A stretch of DNA of 64,000 bases from Octopus sinensis (taxonomy: Eukaryota). The notes under the pieces are model-generated. The model saw only the letters and a list, made by a program, of their open reading frames with translations, searched no databases and was not told the DNA's origin. The position numbers were made by a program, and so were the translations under genes. This document shows, one piece after another, positions 42,866-53,199 of this stretch. Positions within the stretch are counted from its first letter, which is position 1; the number at the start of each line of letters is the position of its first letter. Where the stretch lies: assembly GCF_006345805.1 (NCBI RefSeq), contig NC_043007.1:3596001-3660000 (forward strand), in the 5' to 3' direction.

Positions 42866-44554
42866 GAGGTAGGTTCATGTGGGACTCTCGACAGGAAGAG
42901 ATCCAGTTTTGATTTGAAAACATCTACTTCTACTTTGTGTAGGTCCCTCAGGCCCTTTGGGAGAATATTAAAATGCTGTGGGCCCCTGAAACCCAGGCTG
43001 TTGCAGTAACTGGTCCTGAAGCGCGATGGCATTGCTGGGATCTTTGGCACTGTGCAGTGTCGACCTGTTCTGGCATTGGTGTAGCTTTCAATGCCAAAAT
43101 TTAGCACAATACCTTCCAGGATCTTCCAGATGTGTATTACTGTATACCTCTCCCGCCTTCGCTCCAGGGAGTAGAGTCTTAGCTGTTTCAGCTTTTCCCA
43201 GTAGCTAAGTTGTTGCAACAAGACGATCTTCTTTGTGAAGCTTCGCTGGATTGCTTCAAGGTCCACTGTTAATTTTACACTGTTGGGTGACCATAGCTGG
43301 AAACAGTAGTCCAGGCGGCTGAGGACGAATGTCCTTCAGAGGACCATCATGGCTTCCTTCTCTCTGGTCCTGAACTTTCTCAGGATCCAGCCAACCAGTC
43401 ATCTGCACTTTGTCTCCATCTTAGTAATCTGCACTTTGAAAGAGATGTCATCACTCATGTCGCTACCCAGGTCCCTCACCAATTTAGGCTCTGGGATTGT
43501 AACCCTATAAGTTTTATAATCAGTTTTAGGCGCTGATAGCCCATGGCTTGGAATCTTTCGGCATTAAACTGCATATTAATGTCCTCATCTCATCTGTAAA
43601 TTGAATCCAACTCCTGCTGCAGATATGCAACATCGCTGAGGTTCTGTATTTTCTGCGAGACATTCGTTTCGTCTGCGTAGCTAGCAAGGGTGGCTACCCG
43701 GGCACTTGAGGACATATCTGAGAGATCCACTATGAAAAGCAGTGGTCTCAAGACAGTGCCCTGCAGAACACCCATCACTATTTGTGCTTTCTTTGAGGTG
43801 GCTCCATTGGCCACTATTGCCTGACTTCTATCTTTCAGAAAGTCATGTAATGACTCTCCAAGTTTTCCAGCTATGCCAAGATCATGCAGTTTGTGGCATA
43901 TCATACCATGATCCACTTTCATCAAAAGCTTTTGCAAAGTCAAGATATATTACGTCAACATTTGAGTTGTTGAGTAACTGCCTCAACACTCAGTCATAGT
44001 GCTGTAAGAGCTGGTCGAAAACCATGCTGGGTATCACTCAGCAAGTTGTTTTCTTCAAGGAATGCGATTAGTTTCGCTCTGACAATCCGTTCCATGATTT
44101 TGCTGATGTGTGAAGTCAGATAGATAGGCCTATAGTTTTTTGGCATCTGTCCAGCTACCTCCTTTATGGATTGGGCATATTATTCCTTCCTTCAGTTTGC
44201 TTGGCAGCCCGCCATTTGCTAGAAAGCTGTGGAAGAGAATCTGTAGAGGTTTCGCCAGAGCACGCTTACACGATTTGATGAGGATTGCTGGGAAACCACC
44301 AGGAGCAGCAGTTGAGTTTGCGTCCACCTCATTTATGGCTAGTAGTATATCTTCTTCGCTAATGTCGATGTATTCCATCGTAACTGCCTCGCTGGTTATA
44401 GGTGAGGTGGTAAAGAAGTCCACTGGTTCGTTCACTTGCCTGTGTTCCAATGGAGTGGTAAAGACACTTTTGAACTGGTCATTTAGTACCTCACTGATCA
44501 TGGTTGAGCTACCAGTGAGGGAGCCATCTTTTGGAAGATGGGTCCTATTTTGCA

Positions 44555-44557
<3 letters not shown>
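42860..44557 (-). mobile_element. CR1-group LINE, RT region with stops and frameshifts
   Basis: KVDHG..GVLQGTVLRPLLF..YADET..; LEAIQRSFTKKI..YSLERRRERY..FNILPK. Tail-to-tail with the RTE fragment. Confidence 0.9.
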
Positions 44558-44607
<50 letters not shown>

Positions 44608-44680
44608 TTTATAATAGGGTTCAGCAAAGATTTGCTTTACCACATACCAAAGTTTAGAAATAGTAGCCAAAGAACCTTAG

Positions 44681-44764
<84 letters not shown>

Positions 44765-44768
<4 letters not shown>

Positions 44769-45036
44769 TCATCGTTTAACGTCCGTTCTCCATGCTAACA
44801 TGGGTTGGACGGTTCGACCGGGGTTCTGGGAAGCCAGAAGGCTGCACCAGGCTCCAGTCTAATCTGGCAATGTTTCTACAGCTGGATGCCCTTCCTAACG
44901 CCAACCACTCCGTGAGTGTAGTGGGTGCTTTTTACGTGCCACCTGCACAGGTGCCAGGCGAGGCTGGCAACGGCCACGGTCAGATTGGTGTATTTTATGT
45001 GCCACCGGCACGGAAGCCAGTCGAGGCGGTGCTGGC
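44765..45036 (-). mobile_element. Family E: non-autonomous, probably RTE-dependent element with (GAT)n tail
   Basis: gttggcgttaggaagggcatccagctgtagaaa core and gcatgg..gcggacgttaaacgatgatg tail; copies at 57085, 59530 and 61697. Confidence 0.75.
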
Positions 45037-45059
45037 ATATATATATATATATAAATAAA

Positions 45060-45450
45060 GTTAATCCAAACAAGAAAACACAGAAAAAACCCCAGCAACG
45101 CGAGGACGTGGAACAATTAAAGTATTATTTGACGCTCAGGAAAGAAGGGAAGGAGGGTTTAACGTTACGAGCGGAGCTCTTCGTCGGAAACAAGGAGAAG
45201 GAAAGATCCCAAGAAGGGAAGACAGAGGAAAAAAATATTTTTGCTGGTGGTGCTCAAGAGATCAAGAAAGGTAAAGAAGGAAAAGTACAGGGAGATAAGT
45301 TCAGGAAAAAAGTTCAGGAGAAAGTTAAATAAGAGTCACGGACAGATTCTTTTGATTTCCAATCACGATTTCAGTGGCGTACTCCGGAAGGATGGTAACA
45401 GTTATCCGTAAGTGTAAAAATCCAGGAATTGGTATCCAAGGCGCTCGGTA
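45060..45450 (-). mobile_element. Penelope-like 3' fragment with variant HHR-like motif
   Basis: Motif ttt-CCGACGA-A-GAGCtccGCTC-GTAACGTT-aaa at 45158-45190 has the same layout as 17300-17334. Confidence 0.45.
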
Positions 45451-45470
45451 TATATATATATATATATATA

Positions 45471-45535
<65 letters not shown>

Positions 45536-45578
45536 TAAATAAAAGACGGAAGATGGACTATATGAGATTTTATTATTA

Positions 45579-45684
45579 ATCACGACAATTGTTTCGACAC
45601 ATATAGTATAGATCCCTCACGGGTGGAACACTCAACAGCTAGTTCAGGGGCATCCAGGGGTGCAGATGCATCTCATCAGGTGAT
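45579..45684 (-). ncRNA. Type I hammerhead ribozyme with intact core and large loop II
   Basis: Stem I ATCAC/GTGAT, core CTGATGA, stem II GATGCAT/ATGTGTC (G-C closing pair), GAAA, palindromic stem III ACAATTGT, cleavage triplet GUC. Confidence 0.75.
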
Positions 45685-45859
45685 AAATAGACACAACTCC
45701 TTAAAATAACAGTTCCGCAATGTAACTTTCCGTTTTGTAGAGAGAAAAGCAGCCAGACGGAGGAAATATCTTCATTTATAAAGAAGATCAAAGATAAAAT
45801 CAGAGATGGCAAAAAGAGAAATGAGCACGCAATATATATATGGTGGTTGGTGGTTGTCT

Positions 45860-46055
45860 ACTCCTTGTGCTGAGTCAGCCCACTTGTACTTTCACCTTAG
45901 ATCCATCATGGCGTCTGATGTAGCTTTTTAAACCAGACAATGTATTAAAAAGACACCCATATAGACTGCATATCTGATTTGAACCACCAAGAACTGCAGT
46001 TAAGTTCTGATCTTTGTGGATCTTAAAATGTCTTTTGATGCCTCCGTTATATATA
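45860..46055 (-). mobile_element. RTE-clade LINE extreme 3' end
   Basis: ICSLYGCLFNTLSGLKSYIRRH resembles the terminal C2H2 knuckle of RTE ORFs. Confidence 0.5.
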
Positions 46056-46748
46056 CAGCACCGCGCGCAAAAGTCTTCGGCCACTTTAAACCATTGTAAA
46101 TTTCTCCCAATTGCCAACTTATAAGTGGACGTTTTGCGGGGGGAAGATGCGAGATGGCCACTCGCGCATCTTCCCCCCTCATTCAGAACCCCTACTACAA
46201 AATATGATTAAGCATGGAAATGACTGCAACAGGGCCAATGTCTCATCTGTAAAAAAACGCAATACTCTTTACCCTTTTACTCTTTAACTTGTTTCAATCA
46301 TTTGACTGTGGCCCTGCTGGAGCACCGCTTTTAGTCGAGCAAATCGACCCTAGGTCTTATTCTCTGTAAGCCTAGTACTTGTTCTATCGGTTTCTTTTGC
46401 CTAACCACAAAGTTACGGGGATGTAAACACACCAGCATCGGTTGACAAGCGATGTTGGATGGGGGACAAACACAGACACACAAACGTACATATATATACA
46501 TATATATATACGACAGGCTTCTTTCAGTTTCCGTCTACGAAATCCACTCACAAGGATTTGGTTGGTCTGAGGCTATAGTAGAAGACACTTGCCCAAGGTG
46601 CCACGCAGTGGGACTGAACCCAGAACCATGAAGTTGGAAAGCAAGCTACTTACCACACAGCCACTCCTACGCCTAACATTCACTTATAAGTTGGCAATTA
46701 AGAGAAATTTACAATAGTTTAAAGTGGCTGAACACTTTTATACGGGAT

Positions 46749-46750
<2 letters not shown>
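46056..46750. mobile_element. Tc1-type MITE (~70-bp TIRs) invaded by a SINE B copy (46262-46675, minus)
   Basis: gccactttaaaccattgtaaatttctcccaattgccaacttataagtg (46080-46127) is inverted at 46681-46728 with 3 mismatches; TA flanks. Confidence 0.75.
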
Positions 46751-46770
<20 letters not shown>

Positions 46771-46781
<11 letters not shown>

Positions 46782-47177
46782 ATTCGAGACAAAACCACTA
46801 TTTTAAAATCAAACAAGGAAAGACTTAATCAATACATAAAATTTTAATATAAATTAAATAAACCGCCACTACAATTGTTTCATGTCTGCTACCGACATTC
46901 TTCAGGTAGATTTTCGATCTAAAAATATCAATATTTTAAAATATAATTTGAAATAATAAAATTATCAATGAAAGAATATAAAAATAAAAATATATAATCT
47001 ATATATAATCAATATATATAATCTAAAATAATCTAAAATAATCTGAAGAATGTCGGTAGCAGACATGAAACAATTGTAGTGGCGGTTTATTTAATTTATA
47101 TTAAAATTTTATGTATTGATTAAGTCTTTCCTTGTTTGATTTTAAAATAGTGGTTTTGTCTCGAATTATATTATATA
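46771..47177. mobile_element. PLE-type 135-bp perfect inverted repeat, each arm carrying a hammerhead motif
   Basis: Arms 46771-46905 / 47043-47177. CTGAAGA-ATGTC(ggtagca)GACAT-GAAAC-AATT-GTA at 46866-46909 (-) and 47043-47082 (+). Confidence 0.85.
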
Positions 47178-47280
47178 ATATTTTACTATAAAATTGGATT
47201 TAACCCTAAATCTGATTTTTCCCTGTAAATTTGGATTCATCCCTAATATTTATTATATAAATATATATAATATATATATA

Positions 47281-49055
47281 TACATAAATTATTAGAGAGT
47301 TATCCACTATGTGGATAACTCTAGTGCTAAAAATAGCTCCGAAGCAACCACAGAAGATCCGTTTCCAACTAGAATCAACACACATCTAACTGAAGGAAAG
47401 TGAAATACAACGAATAAAATAGATTGACTCTATACAATTGTTTCATTACTAATGCAATATGTAGTTTTACTTACACTTGCATCTATAAATCTTCGGTAGA
47501 GTTTGTCAGAAATGCAATTAATTAGATCGATTCGGGCGTCAAAAACACGAGCGGTCCAACCAATTACATTTTTAGATGTCTCAAATTCCGCGCCAAAAGC
47601 ATGCCTAGACTCCATTGGAAACGTATGCCGCATCAAATAAAATATTGACTGCCGCGTAGTAAAATTATAAAATTATAAATGAGGGTGAAAAATCGATATT
47701 AATTTAATAATACCGTCAATTTAACACCAAGGGCTTAGCACAAAAAACTACGGAGGAAATACAATTTATACAAAATTATTAGAGAGTTATCCACTATGTG
47801 GATAACTTAGTGCTAAAAATAGCTCCGAAGCAACCACAGAAGATCCGTTTCCAACTAGAATCAACACACATCTAACTGAAGGAAAGTGAAATACAACGAA
47901 TAAAATAGATTGACTCTATACAATTGTTTCATTACTAATGCATATGTAGTTTTACTTACACTTGCATCTATAAATCTTCGGTAGAGTTTGTCAGAAATGC
48001 AATTAATTAGATCGATTCGGGCGTCAAAAACACGAGCGGTCCAACCAATTACTTTTTAGTTATGTCTCAAATTCCGCGCCAAAAGCATGCCTAGACTCCA
48101 TTGGAAAAGTAGCCGCATCAAATAAAATATTGACTGCCGCGTAGTTAAATTTATAAAATTATAAATGAGGGTGAAAAATCGATATTAATTAATTAATACC
48201 GTCAATTAACACCAAGCTTAGCACAAAAAACTACGGAGGAAATACAATTTATACATAAATTATTAGAGAGTTATCCACTATGTGGATAACTCTAGTGCTA
48301 AAAATAGCTCCGAAGCAACCACAGAAGATCCGTTTCCAACTAGAATCAACACACATCTAACTGAAGGAAAGTGAAATACAACGAATAAAATAGATTGACT
48401 CTATACAATTGTTTCATTACTAATGCAAATGTAGGTTTTACTTACACTTGCATCTATAAATCTTCGGTAGAGTTTGTCAGAAATGCAATTAATTAGATCG
48501 ATTCGGGCGTCAAAAACACGAGCGGTCCAACCAATATTAAATTAATATCGATTTTCACCCTCATTTATAATTTTATAAATTTAACTACGCGGCAGTCAAT
48601 ATTTTATTTGATGCGGCATACGTTTCCAATGGAGTCTAGGATGCTTTTGGCGCGGAATTTGAGACATAACTAAAAATGTAATTGGTTGGACCGCTCGTGT
48701 TTTTGACGCCCGAATCGATCTAATTAATTGCATTTCTGACAAACTCTAACGAGATTTATAGATGCAAGTGTAAGTAAAACTACATATTGCATTAGTAATG
48801 AAACAATTGTATAGAGTCAATCTATTTTATTCGTTGTATTTCACTTTCCTTCAGTTAGATGTGTGTTGATTCTAGTTGGAAAAGGATCTTCTGTGGTTGC
48901 TTCGGAGCTATTTTTAGCACTAGAGTTATCCACATAGTGGATAACTCTCTAATAATTTATGTATAAATTTGTATTTCCTCCGTAGTTTTTTGTGCTAACC
49001 ACTTGGTGTTAAATTGACGGTATTATTAAATTAATATCGATTTTTCACCCTCATT

Positions 49056-49066
<11 letters not shown>
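47281..49066. repeat. ~485-bp unit array (2.6 direct units plus 1.1 inverted), one HHR motif per unit
   Basis: attagagagttatcc recurs at 47291, 47778 and 48262. Orientation flips at ~48534. HHR motifs at 47427-47502, 47913-47987, 48398-48473 (-) and 48743-48817 (+). Confidence 0.93.
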
Positions 49067-49094
<28 letters not shown>

Positions 49095-49167
49095 ATAAAT
49101 ATGGTAAGACAACAAAAGAAAGAAAGAGGCCGCGATATTAAGTAAATAGAGGAATATATCTGAAAAA

Positions 49168-49223
49168 GTAATATGTGACAATTATTCGGTAGCCATGGCT
49201 ACCGAATAATTGTCACATATTAC
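49168..49223. repeat. 56-bp perfect palindrome
   Basis: gtaatatgtgacaattattcggtagcca|tggctaccgaataattgtcacatattac. Confidence 0.97.
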
Positions 49224-49249
49224 ATTTACATATATATATATATTATATA

Positions 49250-50480
49250 CAGGGTGTCCCAAAAAAATGTATACACACTTTAGCAGCTGATACTCAATTG
49301 ATATTTTTTCTTTCCAGATGAAACCTATGGGATTTAATGATGGCAGTCAGATTAAGCTTTGAACAAAGAAAATTCATTCTAAAATGATACTGGAAGTGTG
49401 AAAATGCAGTTGAAGTGCAAAAACAGTTGGGGAGGGAGTTCAAAACACAGATCCACCAATGCAACTCCCCATCACTTGAATTAGAGATAAGTTTGAAGCT
49501 GATGGAACTGTTCAGAATGTCCACGATAAGCATTCCAGAAGACCCCGAACATCAACAACCCCAACAAAGCAAGGAGTACTGGAAATGAATCACCAAAGTC
49601 CAAGAAAATCTCTGCGGCGAAGCGAGTCATGAGGTAGGTATTCCAAAATGCATTTTGAAGCATTGTCAATGGAAAAGTTACATTCCAAGATTAGTCCATG
49701 CTATTAATGATGATGATCCAGACGAAAGAGTGCAGCATTGCGAGTGGTACTTGGCACGATGTGTAGAAGCTGCACACTTTCCAACAAAGATTGTGTGGAG
49801 TGATGAAGCCACATTCAAATTAAATGGTTCAATTAACTTCCACAATTGCACCTACTGGGGTCCTGAGAATCTGCATGTTATGGTGAAACACCATGTTAAT
49901 TTGATATTTGTGTGGTGTGGTTTATCATCAAGAGGATTAATTGGACCATTCTTTTGTTATGCTACTGTGACTGGTCCTGTTTACTTGAACTTGTTGCAAC
50001 AGCCTGTTATGCCAAGCATTAGAGAAGACTTTGAAGATGAGGAGTTTTATTTTCAGCAAGATGGGGCACCCCCACACTACCATTGCTATGTTAGATCCTT
50101 CCTTGATGAGATCTTGCTAAACAGGTGGTTTGGATGAAGAGGTATGGTTGAATTCACCAGACCTCACACCACTAGACTTTTTTATGGGGATACCTTAAAG
50201 ACAAATTCTACGCTATGAAACCTACAAGTCGCTGATTTGAGAGCAGCTATTGGACGAGAGTGCACACAAATACCAAACAAATTCTTTTGTGATATTTGTG
50301 ATTCCATTCCTTTGCGTTGTCAGCAGTGCCTGGGCTAGACCGGACATCAGTTTGAAAACAGGCATTGACAAAACAATAAAATAATGTCTGTAGATTCTAT
50401 TAAATTTTGAAAATGAAGTGTCTTTTAATAAACAACTACTTTACAATTGTTTAAAGTGTGCATACATTTTTTGGGACATC

Positions 50481-50483
<3 letters not shown>
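49250..50483 (+). mobile_element. Near full-length Tc1/mariner transposon, DD41D (rosa/Visitor)-type, inactivated
   Basis: TIRs cagggtgtcccaaaaaaatgtatacacacttta / taaagtgtgcatacattttttgggacatcctg in (TA)n. Transposase motifs [27 protein letters not shown]; D-to-D spacing is 41 if a ~10-nt deletion is restored. Several stops and frameshifts. Confidence 0.93.
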
Positions 50484-50541
<58 letters not shown>

Positions 50542-51879
50542 AAATGAATTTGATAGACGGAAACTGTATGGAAGCTTGTCACACACACACACATATATAT
50601 ATATATTCATTTATAAATATGTGTGTGTGTGCGATAGGCTTCCATACGGTTTCCGCCTACCAAATTTATTCACAAGATACAGTCTACCCACGCGCTATAG
50701 TAGAAGACTCTTGCCCAAGGTGTCACCAAGTCGGACCGAACCCCAAACTGCGTGGTTGCAAAGCAAGTATCTTAACCGCAAAGCCATGTCTGCGTCTGTA
50801 TGTATGTATGTGTGTGTGTATGTATGTGTGTGTGTATGTATGCATCTATGTGTATATGTGTGTATGCATGTATGTATGTATGTATCTTTGTGTGTATGTA
50901 TGTGTTTGTATGTATGTATGTGTGCATGTATGCGTGTATGTATGTACGTATGTTTTTACACACACACACACACACAAACACACACACTCACATACATACA
51001 CACACACTCATACACACACACACGCACACACACACACACACCACACACACACACACGTAGTCATAGAATTGACAGCAGAACAGTCGGAAAACGGTAACGT
51101 ATTAGCGGGATATCTTAAGAAACTGTCATGAAATATTGTAATGGAATGGAATTCATTTGTCAAATATTGAATAGAATAACATTGTAACCTGATCACAGAT
51201 GCATTCAAGCAGAACCTCCATTTGAAATCTCCATATGAAGAGACAGAATGGGAATACCTCACACAAGATATTTTCTCCAAAAAATATTTTTAAAGGGAAA
51301 CAACTCTTGAGTACATAAATTTGACGACTTAAATACCATACAGAGTTATTTCCCTTGATATTGACCGTCACTTTATCAGCTATTACAACGTAATTTTTTT
51401 AACAATAGCGTCGTTGACCTCAGATCTCTTGAAGTTCACTTATAGATTTGCTTTATTTCAGACACCGATACCGAAAAAGGAATGTTTGTAACGAGGTTCA
51501 GAACAAATGTTGGTAGACCCATAGCTTCTTAGTTTTCTTCTTTTGTTGATATTCACAAACGCTCCCGCGACACACACACACACACACACACATATGCATT
51601 TACAGTGATTGCTTCGTCTTCGGAGATGATCGCCGTTTCTTTGTGCTTCCTTGCTGTGAATGGCCTCCCCGACTTTAGGTCCATCTCCTCTCAGAAGACA
51701 ACACAGTCCCGCTGCAGATAAGAATAGTTTGAAGCATCGGTGGCACACCAAAGCTGTAATTTCCGCTGGATTGGTCGATCCGCTTTGTAGGATACGATCT
51801 TTGTGTAGAGAATATTTCGTTTCAGACTTGAAATCGAATTGCAAACGTATTGCTCATGTTGACAGGATTGATCCTTCGT

Positions 51880-52095
51880 GGGACCTCAAACGGTTGACAT
51901 ACCCGTACATAAATACCTACATGCCCATACGTTGTGGCGAAAGATTACAGCAGGGTTCACCACCACCCACTGCCGGAGCCCCGTGGAGCTTTAGGTGTTT
52001 TCGCTCAATAAACACTCACAACGCCCGGTATGGGAATCGAAACCGCGATCCTACAACCGCGAATCCGCTGGCCTAACCACTAGGCCATTGCGCCT
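51880..52095 (-). mobile_element. SINE family D (tRNA head)
   Basis: ggcgcaatggcctagtggttagg..gtttcgattccc head; diverged relative at 41120-41270. Confidence 0.75.
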
Positions 52096-52329
52096 CCACA
52101 CATGCTCATACAAGCATGCACATATACACAAATGCATAAATATGTGTGAGTGTATATGTACGTGCATGTGTATTTGTATGAACGCTTGCATGTGTGTGTG
52201 TATGTGCTTGTGCGTGTGTAGCAAGGCGCATGCTCTCGTGGTTAGAATGTTAGACTCACGATTGTAGAGTCGTAGTTTCGATCTCCAGACCAGGTACATT
52301 ACGTTCTGTAGCTGTTTAGATGGATCTGT

Positions 52330-52690
52330 GGTTCACACCTAGTCGTTTGGCCGTCTCCTCACCTGCCTCATTAGAACTGGTCATAAGGCTATAACGGCAA
52401 CAACGCCAGCCTTACTTCACAAAGTGTTGTGGCATCTCAACGACCATTTCTGAGGAGCAAGCTTCTTCTTCCGTCTTCCATGTCCTTAATTGCATTTTCG
52501 ACTTTATAAATCTCAATTGCAATAGCAAATCCGTCTTTTATGTCTTCTAGGATTAGTCCTGTCTTTCACGAATTTCCATCAATCAACAATTTCTCGTCAG
52601 CTGCATTCTAATAATCCTCTCCTCTTGGCATCAGTCCGAGCGAATGCTCCGCCATCATTCTGTGCACATTTTCCCTTAACTACATCCTGA
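52330..52690 (-). mobile_element. RTE LINE pre-RT fragment
   Basis: DVVKGKCAQNDGGAFARTDAKR..ENAIKDMEDG, frameshifted; collinear with the endonuclease fragment at 55000-55310. Confidence 0.6.
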
Positions 52691-53199
52691 TTCAGTGAAG
52701 GTGCGTTGCCAAGTGGTTACGGTCTTGCACCCGCAATCGCAAGATCACGGTTTCAATTCCCAAACCACCCGTACATTCTGTTCTTCAGCAGAACACTTGA
52801 TCTCAGCTTCCTCCATCCCACCCAGCTACATACGGGTAACCTCCTTGTAAGGGGCTGTCGTTCTGTTCAAAAGGGAATGTCACCCTACCCGCATTTAACG
52901 ATCGGAGAGGCATTATTCGAAAGTTACTGCAGCGCAGCGTGTTTAGCGGTGTATAGCAACATCCGATAGTCTGGTTGATACAATGATAAAGTGACCTCCT
53001 GGTGCACACTGACACGTTTCTCGACCGGAAACATTCCAATCTGTGAGTTTAGATCACAGACCTTCTTGCTGCAATGCCTTAGCAAGCTTCTTGCTTTCAG
53101 TTTCTCTCCCTGTTAAGATCCAGAGGAACAGTTACAGGGGAGCCAAATGTCACATAAGCGCCTAAGAAATTAGTAATCACATTTGCATGAGTGATAATT

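Noticed and set aside
47299-47318. DnaA-box-like inverted pair (ttatccact/tgtggataa) in each array unit
   Set aside because: Eukaryotic repeat context; simply a 12-bp hairpin, with no bacterial origin features.
47281-49066. Possible CRISPR-like array
   Set aside because: Units are wholly repeated with no unique spacers, and there are no cas genes.
51458-52076. Overlapping 128-aa and 138-aa ORFs
   Set aside because: They run into a CA repeat and a SINE, have no recognisable domain, and no frame is favoured.
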